Shown: positions 1 through 13,521, counted from the first letter of the stretch. The stretch: 64,000 bases of DNA from Octopus vulgaris (GCA_951406725.2 OX597820.1:81592001-81656000), one strand, 5' to 3'. Program-made: numbers and translations. The notes: a model not told the origin generated them from the sequence alone.

Positions 1-141
1 CCTCATAGTTCTGGTTTCAGTCTAAATACCTGGTATCTTTGGCAATTGCCTTCTACGACAGCCAGGCGCTCACAAAAGCCTTGTGAGTGGATCTTTTAGA
101 CAAACTTAAAGAAGTCCGTTGTATATAAATATATGCGTGCA

Positions 142-179
<38 letters not shown>

Positions 180-290
180 TTTGTTTGTGTGTGTGTGTGT
201 GTGTGTGTATCTGTGTATGAGGACGTGTGCCGTGAGTTACCGTTTGTCCTCACCTCCACTTGACATCCGGTTTCGGTTTGTTTACGTCAA
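1..290 (+). mobile_element. Degenerate copy of SINE family A (CORE-like tRNA SINE with internal microsatellite)
   Basis: Matches the better copies at 8395-8810 and 49548-49962 (AAAGCCTTGTGAGTGGAT...GAAGTCCGT, then (TG)n, then TTTGTCC...CTTGACA). Confidence 0.7.
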
Positions 291-300
291 TTTAACTCAT

Positions 301-472
301 ACAGTTCTATATTTAAGAGATGAGGAATTATGTACATTATTTACATTATTTACATTTGACGGATATTTGTCCCCATCGTTTTTGTTATTAACATAATGTT
401 TCGGCTGATATACCCCCCAGCCTTCATCAGGTGTCTTGGGGAAATTTTGAACATGGGTTCTCATTCCTAAGA

Positions 473-555
<83 letters not shown>

Positions 556-580
556 TTACACACTACGCCATATACCCACG
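301..580 (-). mobile_element. Penelope-type terminal repeat (family P1) with hammerhead motif and (AAT)n tract
   Basis: Reverse complement of 36838-37122 and 37660-37872; minus strand reads ACAC-CTGATGA-A-GGCTG..CAGCC-GAAA-CATT. Confidence 0.75.
391..434 (-). ncRNA. Minimal type I hammerhead ribozyme motif, slightly degenerate (family P1)
   Basis: CUGAUGA core, 5-bp stem II GGCUG/CAGCC, GAAA, vestigial stem III, stem I ACAC/AUGU with one mismatch. Confidence 0.65.
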
Positions 581-652
581 GGCATATGGCGTAGTGGTTA
601 AGAGCACAGGCTACTAATGCCAAGATTCCGAGTTCGATTCCAGGCAATGACG

Positions 653-720
<68 letters not shown>
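581..720 (+). mobile_element. tRNA-like Pol III head of family P1 followed by (AAT)n
   Basis: A box TGGCGTAGTGG (587-597), B box GAGTTCGATTCC (630-641); AAGATTCC before the B box resembles tRNA-Arg. Confidence 0.75.
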
Positions 721-722
<2 letters not shown>

Positions 723-1040
723 TGGGTTGTTCGTTCAACATCCTTAAAAATCCTTATTCAGGGACCTTTTGAGCGGGATGGGTTACTCGACCAGAAGAAA
801 ATTCTAACTGGGCCCCAACTGCAAGGTCATACGCTGTTTATCTTGATATGAGATCACCATGTCGCGTACATATGGTTGTTATGCATGTGCCTGGTGTACC
901 CTTATCAGACGGGTAGTCATGATGGGTATACTGGGCTTCGTATATTTTACCCCAGTGTCACTTTGATTGTCTGCACTGCTCTCTCACTCAATAATAATAA
1001 TAATAATAATAATAATATTAATAATAATAATAATAATAAT
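721..1040 (+). repeat. Unclassified interspersed repeat (family C) ending in (AAT)n
   Basis: Its 5' part is the reverse complement of 15986-16137. Confidence 0.6.
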
Positions 1041-2318
1041 CGTTAAAGCCTTCTTCGAGTGAGTCAACATTTTCTTCGGACCAGCAGTGAAAAAATACCT
1101 TCTATAGAACAATCTTCCTCTCAAGATCCTTCTCATCCTCAACAATGCTCTTGCTCACCCTCCCAATCTTGAAGTTGATATTCTGGACGAATTTAAACTT
1201 ATAAAAGTTCTGTACCTTTCTCTACCTTTTTTTAAAAATTTTCTCTTTAACTCTTATGAATTAGTTTTAGAGGGACAACCGTTCACATTTTTACAACAGT
1301 CCATAGACCAAGGTGATTTCTAATTTTAAGAAATTGTACACCAATTGAAGTCGCCGAAAGTACAAATCTAATCTTTCGTGAGTTTTAGAGGAAGTATTAC
1401 AACATTGTAAACTGCCTGAAAATCATCTATATGGCCTGGCAGGGAGTAACGAGGAGAACGCTAAATTCTGCATGAAAGAAACTGTGACCTGACTGCGTAT
1501 CCGAAAGAGATTTCGAGGGGTTTGAATCTGAGATACCTGTAGTCGAGGAGATAGTGTCTCTTGGCAACTCCATGGGCCTCGAGGCTGATGATAGGGACAT
1601 TAACGATCCCATGAAGGAACACCCAAAGGAGCTGACGGCAGATGAACCTCTGCAGCTTCAGGAGCAACAACATTTGGATGCAGTGGAAGAGATTGGTTAC
1701 CCGGAGGAGGAATGTTATCTCTACGGGTGACATAAAGGCAGTGTTGGCAAAGAGGCAGTCTTTTTCTGAATTTGTAGAAACATATCATAATGAAAAAGTA
1801 GCTACAGGTCGTGAAGCTGGTTTATTTATTGACACTGCTCTGACGCATTTTGGTAACATTTTGAAAGGCAGGAAAAGCAAACTTCTTTTGATAAGTTTCT
1901 ACTGAAACGACCTGCAAGTGTGAAAAGTGAAGAAAGTGTGTCCAAAAAGCCTAAATGAAGGGAAGTGAGAGTGAAAACGCCAGAAATTGTTCTTCCTGAA
2001 CTCTTAATTACTTCCAAACAGTAATTCTCCTCCTCTCTCTATCGTCATCCTTGCGCAAAAATTTCCATCTTTAAGGTAATTCAATTAATAATACACATTT
2101 CTTTTGCATTTAAAAAAAATAATTGTCATCTTACTTGCAACTACTTCTTTTCTGTTTTAAAATCCATAAAAAATTATTTTTGGGTGGTTTTGGGGGGCTG
2201 AAACGGATTAATTATATTTCAGTTAATTTCAATGGGGACAATTTATTTGTAAAACAAATGAATCGTAAAATGAGCTAGGTCATGGAACGAATTAAACTCG
2301 TACTACGAGGTATCACTG
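1041..2318 (+). mobile_element. Tigger/pogo DNA transposon, 3' part with degraded DDE_1 transposase and right TIR
   Basis: Broken frames read 'FGPAVKKYLL..NLPLKILLILNNALAHPP' and 'AWQGVTRRTLNSA*KKL*PDCVSERDFEGF'; ends CTCGTACTACGAGGTATCACTG followed by TA. Confidence 0.85.
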
Positions 2319-2346
2319 TATATATATGTTTTTTCGGCTGACGTTT

Positions 2347-2434
2347 TTTCGGCTGACGAGTACGAGCCATCTGTATTCACTGCATTTTTTGTAGCTTATT
2401 AAAGATGTCCTCGTACGAAACGATCGTACCGAGA
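2347..2434 (+). ncRNA. Type I hammerhead ribozyme, apparently intact
   Basis: Stem I TCGG/CCGA; CTGACGA 2353-2359; stem II GTACGAG/CTCGTAC plus CATCT/AGATG; GAAA 2417-2420; palindromic stem III ACGATCGT; GUA cleavage triplet ending at 2428. Confidence 0.88.
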
Positions 2435-2737
2435 TTTTAATCCATTCTTGTTGCTTTTTTCCTATATATATATATATATATATATATATGACGATCTTTC
2501 AATTTCTGTCTGAAATATACATGTATATATCGTAAAATATAATTGCCAACTAGATGTGGCGGTTCCATAGAAGACGTTGCTACTGTTGTTTGTAGCCCCA
2601 GGAGGACATCTCCCCCAGCTGGCTAACGACACACTATCTGTGTCCGATTAGTATTTTCGAGGAGAAATAACACCCTCTCCCAAATTCCAAATTTGAGGCC
2701 TATATCAGAAAGGATTATTTTTATCAATAATATGCCT

Positions 2738-2920
2738 GAGGCAGAGAGCTGGAAATGCCATTAGCACACCGGGTCAAATGCTTAACGGCACTTCATCCTT
2801 CTTCGCGTTCTGAGTTCAAATTCTGCCGAGGTCAATTTTCCCTTTCATCCTTCCGAGGTTGATGAATTAAGTACCTCGACTTATCTCCTCTCCAAAATTT
2901 CTGATCTTGTACCAATATTC
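2738..2920 (+). mobile_element. SINE family B, degenerate (Meta-domain-like central region)
   Basis: GAGTTCAAAT B box and CCTTTCATCCTTCCGAGGTTGAT..AAGTACC match the full copy at 35641-35873. Confidence 0.75.
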
Positions 2921-2924
2921 AGGC

Positions 2925-3480
2925 ATTCACAACCCTCTATCAGTCGGGCAATGGGATCGGTGGATGTTCCGCTTTAGAATTTTATAGAGGATTAGTGGCG
3001 AGAAAATGGGACGACGTTCTCGGAGAGACTTTGGGCGCTAATGAGAACGAGTTGGCTAGTTTGTTCTGGAGGACTTTCCGGGCGGGAACTATCATGGATA
3101 ATTTCCAGATGTCCTTGGCCGGGCAGTGCTACCGGGAGCAGGGGGGACTATCGGTTTGCGATAAACTCTACAGGCACGGATGTGCTGTCAGACGGACTTG
3201 CCCGAGATGCATGCAGAGTAACGAAACCGTTCTGCACGCCCCCGTTCAATGTCCAGGCGTTGTTGATTTGTGAAGTTATGTCGAACAGGTGGACAAGGCT
3301 AAAAGGCATGAGGACAAATAGATTCCCCTTTGGTAGAGCTCTCATTGACTCCTTAAAAGTTTCACTTGAAAATGAAATTGAAAGTGGAGAGGGAAGTGCT
3401 ATTCTCAAGTGAGTTTATTGAAAGGTGGGTGAACGTTGCGAAAATGGCAAGAGTGGATGGTACCTCTCTAAGTGTATTCT
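2925..3480 (+). mobile_element. Tx1/L1-group LINE, 3' fragment with CCHC zinc knuckle
   Basis: ORF 2995-3273 contains 'CPRCMQSNETVLHAPVQCP'; followed by a (TTC)n(TTA)n tract. Confidence 0.7.
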
Positions 3481-3511
3481 TCTTCTTCTTCTTCTTCTTC
3501 TTCTTCTTCTT

Positions 3512-5058
<1,547 letters not shown>

Positions 5059-6261
5059 AATACATATAAAGGTAAGATGTAAATACATTTGAAGGAAATA
5101 CATTTTCCTCAATCTGTTTGTTTTTATCGTTTGATCCTGGGCTGCTAGTTAGGCTCTGTTTCTTTTTAATTGGCCATTTCAAAAACCAAACCCAGGATTT
5201 TGTTCCATATGCGTCTTCTTCTATTTCTTTTTCTTTTCTCTTCTTTTTTCTATTTTTGTGCTTCTTTATCTTTTTGCCATTTGTAAGCTTGAAAATTGAT
5301 GATGTCATTTCATCAACGGATATGTGCTGACTGGAGTTACCAAATATGCCTTTGGGAAAGAACCGCATCGGGTCATCTAGGTTGTATCTAGATAGAGTAT
5401 CCTGTAGCTTAGTTGATAAATATAGAGCAAGCTGTCAACTTTTCAAAATTGTTGGCTATACATACCACAAATTTGTGACCTTCTTGATCTAGATAGGCTT
5501 TGTATGCAGAGGCCTTATTACAGGAAGTTGAATGCATCACTCCCGGCGTGCCAAGCTTACAGAGATTGGATTAGCGAATTGGTTAAGCGGGCATTAACAG
5601 GATCAGTCGTCAACAGCAAATGATAGTTTGTCTTGAAAACGGCAATTAGGTTTAGTAATGTATTAATGCAAAAATCATAAACCATTATTTCTGGTGTCCA
5701 CTTGTGATTTATTGTATAAATTATTTGCTATGTGGGAATGTTATTTGATTGGCTGGGGATTGTGTTTAGTATGTTTGCGCAAAACGTATATGGTGTAAGA
5801 TCTACCAGGGTATTAAAAATATCTTGCATACAATGTGGCTGAAGGTAAAGCAAGTGAGACTTACGAAAAGCGTATCGAAGTTCTGGAGATGATCAAATTT
5901 CTTATGTAAATGTTTCCATCTAAAACTTCAATGTTTATTGTTACATTATGAAGTGTGTTGCTAAAGAAAGGTGGTACATTTTTAACACACATTAACTCTC
6001 CTATCTAGGAGAGACACGATTTAGTCATGTGAACAACATAACAATTAAAGAGAGAGGTATGGAAGGAGGTAGTCATAGTAGAGGTGGTTGCTAAAAGCTC
6101 AATACTTGAGCTGTTGACTTTCTTAATAAATTATATTCTTAAAAATCGTTTTTGTTGTTTTTTTAGTCCCAGATGGCCAGATGGAGTGAGGAACATTATC
6201 AACAATATTATATGTAAAAATTACTGGTTTTATATTTAAGCACAAAGTCAACAATTTTGGT

Positions 6262-6423
6262 GAGGAGATAAGTCGATTACAGCGACCCCAGTGTTTAACT
6301 GGTACTTATTTTATCGACCTCGAAAAGATGAAAGGCTAAGTCAACCTCATCGGAATTTAATTCAGGTAAAGACGGACGAAATGCCGCTAAGCACTTTGCT
6401 CGATTCTGCCAGCTCGCCGCCTT
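6262..6423 (-). mobile_element. SINE family B, degenerate
   Basis: AAGTCGATTAC..ACCCCAGT..CTGGTACTTATTTTATCGAC..GCCAGCTCGCCGCCTT matches 35641-35873. Confidence 0.8.
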
Positions 6424-6669
6424 ATTCAAAGAAAATATTAGTTGTAATGTAACGAATGAATTTATTACTATTGAATACATATGTATTATATTCTGAATGT
6501 TAGCATTGTGTTCTCAGTTGCTTTGAAATAGTCTATATTCCAATGATAAGACAAAAAGTCTGACATGCCTTACTCTGTTCTGGAGTAAGTGTGTTTCCAG
6601 AAGAAAAATCATTTTTGTTTGCTGAGTAGTGCAACTACAGCTTTGGAAACTAAAAGTTAATGTTTTACT

Positions 6670-7260
6670 ATATTTTCGTGCTTTAGATTTTTCATATTTC
6701 TGAATATTTTTCCTGTTTCTCCTATATTATATATATCAAAAATTATTTCTAAGTATTTGTTCGTGTTTTATATAACTGAAATGGTTACATTTTACTATGT
6801 TTCCATGCTATTTTTACTTTTGGTATTTTTTAGCATTTAAAAGTTTTTAACATTTTTAAAAAATTTTCAAAATAAATGTTCGTATGATTTGTATCAATAA
6901 TTTGAGATTTTCCATATTTTCCATATTTTCCAGTTTTTCCATATTTTTCATACTTTTCCCTTTTTCTCATTTTTTTTTACATTTTCGGAGTTTTTCATAA
7001 TTATGTGTTTTGTTCTTTATTTTTTTAGAGACGTTTTACCATTTTAAGTTTTTATAATATATTCCCATAATTTTCAAAGCTTACATATCTTTCATATCAT
7101 TCTATATTTATTTTTCATATTTTCCTGTTTTTCTTTTTTTTTAGTATATTCCTTATTTTTTCGAAATTATTTTTCGCAATTTTGGATAAATTAAATTTTT
7201 CGTATTTTTCTATTTTCGTATGCTTATATTATGCTTTCTTTCCTCCTTTTTTTCTTAATC
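6670..7260. repeat. T-rich degenerate tandem / low-complexity region
   Basis: Recurrent TTTTCCATATTTT-like units. Confidence 0.55.
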
Positions 7261-7276
7261 ATACATATATACATAC

Positions 7277-7335
<59 letters not shown>

Positions 7336-7394
7336 TGAATTTATATATATATATGTGTATGCATGTATGCATATATGCATATATACATGTGTAC

Positions 7395-8190
7395 CAGCGC
7401 TGCCGAAGTTTTTTTCAAAACGTACACAATTTTACTGAAGCTTCCAAATACAGTCAAAACGAACTTTTTATATATTTTTCTGATTTGGAAAACATTTATT
7501 GAAACGTTGAATGTTTGGGAATCAAAAACAAAATCATCTTCGTGAGTAGTTTCTCTGTTGTACCAATATTTTCGAATAATGTATTACAGAGTTGTTCATC
7601 CGACTCCCACGTCGTACAATCGGTATTTCGTAATAAAGTTTTCGACCTCATAAGAGCATGAAGCGTAGAAGTTTTCAAGCAATTTCGATTTTTAGTTTTG
7701 ATATTGTGGGAAAAAACAGAAAATTCTTTCTGACGATGCAGAGGAGTGTAGTAAAGAAAGAAGACTGAGCATAAAGTATGACAACAGTCGATAGCGGTAC
7801 TCATCACCACATTTCTCTTGTGAAACAGCAAACCAACATTTTTCTGGCTCTTTATATGGGATGAAAAAACAATCTTGAACCGTAAAGTGGCGCCATTCCT
7901 GAATAATTTCTTCGAAATATTTTTCGTCACAAAGACTTAGGAATCGCATGACAAGTGGTATAATTGACCTTAGCTTTCCTTCAATTACGTTGGTTGGGTC
8001 CAACGCCTCTAGTAATCCCAAATTGTTCTGCATATCGCGAGACGAAAACCGCACGAGCATTTGATTTGAAAGACGAACAAAGAATCGTAGTATATTCTGT
8101 CGGAAATCAACAATTCATCAGAGGCAATGGTGGTAGCATTTTTTAATAAAATTCTCTCAACTGCAGCGCCAAAGTAGATACAATCTAATG
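7395..8190 (-). mobile_element. hAT transposon relic (C-terminal dimerisation domain)
   Basis: ORF 7692-8060 has 'LSLLSLLHSSASSERIF', continuing as 'KNRNCLKTSTLHALM'; TIR-like CAGCGCTGCC at 7395. Confidence 0.7.
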
Positions 8191-8239
8191 GTTAGTGTGT
8201 CGTTGCATCGTTGACATTAATCTTACACACATTGATGAC

Positions 8240-8308
<69 letters not shown>

Positions 8309-8394
8309 ACCTCGGGTCGACCAACTACTAAACGATATATTTTTAATGCTATAGTATTCAGAAATATTTACATTAATGACATATATATATATTA

Positions 8395-8558
8395 TAGCCG
8401 TATGAGTGGCTGTGTGGTAAGTAGCTTGCTCATCAACGACATGGTTCCGGGTTCAGACCCACTGCGTGGCACCTTGGGAAAGGGTCTTCTACTATAGCCT
8501 TGGGTCGACCAAAGCCTTGTGAGTGGATTTGGTAGACGGAAACTGAAAGAAGCCCGTC

Positions 8559-8604
<46 letters not shown>

Positions 8605-8810
8605 GTGTGTATATGTTTGTCCTCCCAACATCGCTTGACAACCAATGCTGGTGTGTTTAGGTCCCCGTAACTTAGCGGTTCGACAAAAGAAACCTATAGA
8701 ATAAGTACTAGGCTTCCAAAGAATAAGTCCTGGTTTCGATTTGCTCGACTAAAGACGGTGCTCAAGCATGGCCACAGTCAAATGACTGAAACAAGTAAAA
8801 GAGTAAAAGA
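8395..8810 (+). mobile_element. SINE family A, full length
   Basis: A box TGGCTGTGTGG, B box GGTTCAGACCC, CORE-like CCTTGGG.AAG, internal (TA)n(TG)n, tail CGGTGCTC.AGCATGGCCACAGTCAAATGACTGAAACAAGTAAAAGAG. Confidence 0.9.
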
Positions 8811-10098
8811 TATATATCATAAAAGTCAGGTTTAAAAATTTGACGTAATTTGGCTTAAAATTGATTTAAATATACGACTGGAAAACTAATATAAGGTGTG
8901 ATTAAATTTTAAAAAATCGATTTAAAGAGTGTACTTAAAAAACTTAGAAAGAAAGAAACTAGAATATAATCGCATGCATAAACGCAAGCATACACACACA
9001 TACTTACGCACGCACAAGCACACACATCTATATATACACATTAGATCACAAATAAAAGCAATTTATAGAAATGTCAAAATTAACCTCCAGCTTTTGGGAG
9101 TTGTTTAGAGGTGTATTAGTTTGTTCCTGCAAGAGTTTATCGTTTTGAATTCATATTCTGTTCATTTTTAGTGAAGAGAATACTTATGGTATCCACAACA
9201 CGCTTACGCTTTACCTATCACTATTCTGGTTTAATTTAGCTTTGGACCAAAATATTGCTTCATTTCAACTCCAAAGAATAATCTGACAACGAAGTCATAT
9301 TATTTCTATCCTTGATTGATGGTTAATCCTGTACAGAACTTCGCAGGAGCAAAGATTTTAACAAACTGACACGCCAATTTACTAATTCATTAAAGTTACG
9401 AGCGATAAGTTGGCTGTCTTAATTACAGAGAAATTTGAACGAAATCTAGATGTATTCAACTAAGAAACATGCTGCATGGAAATGTCGTAAAGATTGCTGA
9501 TTTTTTACTGCTAGGCACATTTATCACAATGCGAATGCCGAGAAAATTGCAAACATATGCATATGTGGAATTTAATAATTCATTTCTATTTGTATGATGT
9601 CTTACATAATCATTTTTCACTACAAATCCATGTGTCAGACAGCAACACCCAGCAAATATCTACTAAAACGTTAACGCCCCAGCAGTCATTTTCACACATA
9701 AACACATTTCATAAGCAATATACAATGCAATAGAAATAAAAAGCCAGAAATCGGTAAAAAGTTCAAGAAAACAACAACTACTAAACGATATATTTTTAAT
9801 GCTATAGTATTCAGAAATATTTACACTGAAAATGATAACATACTTCGAATTGTTCCTTTGGTCGATAGGCGTTGTACAGAATATAATAGAATAGGAAAAT
9901 TAAAATTCAATATTACTCATATCATCTTACAACTTTCGTTTTAAATTATCCTTTCTAACCTCTTCTCAGCTTTTTGCAATTTCTCTGTCTCTCTCCCTAC
10001 CCCACTCTATCAATACACACTCATACACACATATGCAAAAGTGTGAAGTGTGCTAAAGTGTCTTTCTCCATATGTATATTACATACACACATATACGT

Positions 10099-10187
<89 letters not shown>

Positions 10188-10286
10188 ATGCGTGCGTGTA
10201 TGCTTGGGTGTGTGCTATACATAATAGAATCAGAAGATATAAAGTAAAAACGTACAGAACCTAGCTCTGGATAAGCTATGAAAGTA

Positions 10287-10450
10287 TAAATACATTCCTT
10301 CTATACTTTTGATGTGCAGAAAAGTGGCGGGAATCTTCGATGAACCGTTTCAAAATTTGTTGGTTGCTCCACAAGATATCGTGAAACGGTCTATGAGAAG
10401 AATCCCGCCTGTTTTTCTATGCATCAAAAATCTAGAAAGAATGTGTTTAC
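10287..10450. repeat. Imperfect palindrome, MITE-like
   Basis: Arm TAAATACATTCCTTCTA..TTTTGATG..GGCGGGA..ACCGTTTCA pairs with TGAAACGGT..TCCCGCC..CATCAAAA..TAGAAAGAATGTGTTTA. Confidence 0.7.
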
Positions 10451-10827
10451 ATTTTTCGCCCTGTGAATTAAATAACATATTGTTTCGTTAATGGTGAACA
10501 ACATATAGAAAAATATGCAAAGCAAGGTAGCCATTAATATCCCACTCTCATATAAGACTGCTTTATATAGAAGCTAGAGATTCTGTGCTATCAATTGATG
10601 AAAAAACCAGGTACATGCGAGCAGAAGTCAACAAATCCTAAAAAGGAACACCCAGAGGATTTCATCTATTGTCCTGTACATCAAAAGCATAGAATGAATT
10701 AAGTGAAATTTATTTATCTGAACTACGAAAAGGTGTGTAATAATTGCACACTTACACTTACGTGCGCGACATATTTCCTTATAAAAATGTATATAAATAT
10801 ATATTTGTATGTACGAATACATACCTA

Positions 10828-10941
<114 letters not shown>

Positions 10942-11229
10942 TTATATATAATAATTATTATCATTAATGTGCATCGAATGAGAAAGGAGGGGTCAATATA
11001 TGTTGTAATGGTTATAATTTTTATTTGTCAAAACTGAAGCAGACAGTTTGTCTCACAGCTCGAGTCTAACACTAGTTCGATCATCAGGCTAAATTCTAGT
11101 TCCTCAGAGTTTTGTCTGTATGTATGCGCTCATATGTATTATGTATGTTTTGTACTCCATGACATAGCTCTCTATTTTCCTTCCTTATTTTGCAGGTGCT
11201 TACCTGTAGAAATTTTAATATGTTAAGAT

Positions 11230-12270
11230 GTATCACCTGTATGATTTCGAAAGAAGACAAATTAGTGGAGCATGGACAGCAGGGGAGTCAATCACTAAAC
11301 TACCAACTTCTTAAATGCTTCCGAGGTATAATCCCTAAAATCTCGCTGGTATTTCGAAACCAAGATAAAACCAGATCTGGCAAGTATAAGGAGGGCAAAG
11401 CAAACAAAGGTACCGCAGAATAGTAAAACGTATTGTGTTTAAAAACCATTAGACTACGACAGTAAAAGTGACTACAGCGCTAAACTACCGCTTCGCCAAT
11501 CCTGTGTCAACAAAAAACCGTTCGTCGTGAGCTCTATAACGCAGGATGCTATACCATGGCTGGGGCTGAAATTGCCAGACTTCTTCTGTCCTATATCACC
11601 ATTGATAAGCGGGATAAGTGGTGTCAGAAGCAATCAGTTGCTCAATGGAACAACGTCATAATCTTTGATAAATAATCATTCACCCATTTCCCACTTCAGG
11701 GCGAGTTTATGTCTAGAAACATCCCCAAATACCTTCAATTGATTGTTTGGTCTCTACCGTGAAACATGGAAGTGTGATGAGTGGAGCATCCATATCGTGG
11801 AACTCATCACAAGGTCCTTTAGTCGTTCTATACTGCAGAGTTAACGCCAAGGATTATCTAGGTTGGTTGATTGTGTCTATTCTATAGTTCAAATATTGTT
11901 CCCTGATGCTAGCGTAACCTTCCAGGACGATAATGTGCCTAACCACACGGCTAATGTTATTCAAAATCAGTACAAAGAGTAGAAAAGTGAGTACACTGCT
12001 TAGATTGCAACACTACAGAAAAAAAAAAGAAAAGATACCAAGGGACCTTAATATAATCGAGCATTTATGGTGCATTTTCGAGCAGCAAGTAATGAGCCAC
12101 TTTTCATCATCATCATCGTTAAGAGCCAAGGCAGATTTTTAATTCAAGAATCGTTAAATATTTCGCTAACAACCGTTGAGAATCTGCACTTGTCGATTCT
12201 TCGATGTATTGCTGTTGAGATTAATGCCAACGATGGACAATCTGAAGGTGCTTCCAATATTTTGTCGAGC
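11230..12270 (+). pseudogene. Tc1-family transposase pseudogene
   Basis: Broken frames read 'DFERRQISGA', 'NPVSTK.VRRELYNAG', 'TVKHGSVM', 'TFQDDNVPNHTAN', 'DLNIIEHLWCIFEQQV'. Confidence 0.85.
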
Positions 12271-12562
12271 CTCTATGAATGTTGTCTCTTCTGTTTTGAA
12301 TTATTTAAATTCTTCCTCTGAAGAAAGACCTGGTTTCTAACAAAGGCACAAAGTTCCATCTTTGGAATATAGATAACGAAAACAATATTACATTTTAAAC
12401 CCGATAAAAATCTTGCATAGTTTTACTGTTCCGCTTAAAGATTGTATTTGTAATGTGCGAATAAGTTGGTTAATTTCTTTTTCTGATTATCCAAACTTAT
12501 CCAGACTGACAGTTTGGCATTTATACTCCAATCTTTATCGGCATAAATGCAAATTTATATGT

Positions 12563-12696
12563 ATGTATGTATGATGTATGTATGTATGTATGTATGTATG
12601 TATGTATGTATGTATGTATGTATGTATGTATGTATGTATGTATGTATGTATGTATGTATGTATGTATGTATGTATGTATGTATGTATGTATGTATG
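12563..12696. repeat. (TATG)n microsatellite
   Basis: Direct reading. Confidence 0.95.
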
Positions 12697-12699
12697 TGC

Positions 12700-12910
12700 A
12701 CACAGTTGGATAACAAGAGTGATTGTAAGCCTGAAAGACGCACTGCACTTGTTGCTCGCGAGCTGAACCGTTATAACATTGATATAGTTGCACTTTCAGA
12801 GACTCGGATAGGAGGTGGTGGTCAGCTTGAGGAAGTAGGAGGTGGATACACCTTTTCTGGAAGCGGGGCAAAAAGAGGATCGCAGAGAGGCTGGTGTTGA
12901 CTTTGCAGTT
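12700..12910 (+). mobile_element. RTE (BovB-like) LINE fragment, AP-endonuclease N-terminus
   Basis: 'PERRTALVARELNRYNIDIVALSETR..GQLEEVGGGYTFS'. Confidence 0.9.
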
Positions 12911-13324
12911 TGATCTGATATCCTTCAGAAATATATACGTCACTAAAGTAACTGACGCCACTAGTCAGCACCAGCGTTGTTAGAAATAAGAATTAAAACA
13001 ACTCATAGCCACAAGAAGCACCTTGTCTTAATGACTAACAACGGACATTATTATTTATAACTTATACATTTTTAGCGTTTAGGAAATCAGCATATGATTA
13101 ATACGATAATCTTATAAACTGACAAAGCGAGTTGAGTTTAACTCAGAGCATAAGGTGAGAGCCACTGACAAGCATTAATATAAATCCGAAATCCCTGTGA
13201 TCAGGCTATGCCTAGGCGATGAGAGAGATTCCCTCCTTTGTCAGTCATTAAGGTAAGGTGCTTGTGGCTATGAGTCGTTTTAGCAATACTGGTGCTGACT
13301 ATCTGTATATATGTACATGTATAT

Positions 13325-13487
13325 AGGCGCAGGAGTGGCTGTGTGGTAAGTAGCTTGCTTACCAACCACATGGTTCCGTGTTCAGTCCCACTGCGTGGCA
13401 CTTTGGGCAAGTATCTTCTACTATAGCTTCGGGCTAACCAAAGCCTTGTGAGGGGATTTGGTAGACGGAAATGGAAGGAAGCCCGTT

Positions 13488-13490
<3 letters not shown>
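13325..13490 (+). mobile_element. SINE family A, 5' half
   Basis: GGCGCAGGAGTGGCTGTGTGGTAAG...GAAGCCCGT followed by (TA)n. Confidence 0.9.

Positions 13491-13521
<31 letters not shown>

Noticed and set aside
581-646. Functional tRNA gene
   Set aside because: Acceptor and anticodon stems do not pair properly; the sequence recurs as the head of a repeat.
5118-5960. Possible minus-strand Penelope or other retroelement relic
   Set aside because: Composition is suggestive but I could not read a convincing motif.
6505-6592. Possible host exon (TTCTCAG ... GTAAGT)
   Set aside because: All three frames contain stops and there is no other support.
11160-11423. Polypyrimidine tract plus TGCAG and ORF 11190-11423 as a host exon
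   Set aside because: The region is the 5' part of the Tc1 relic, whose motifs lie in other frames.
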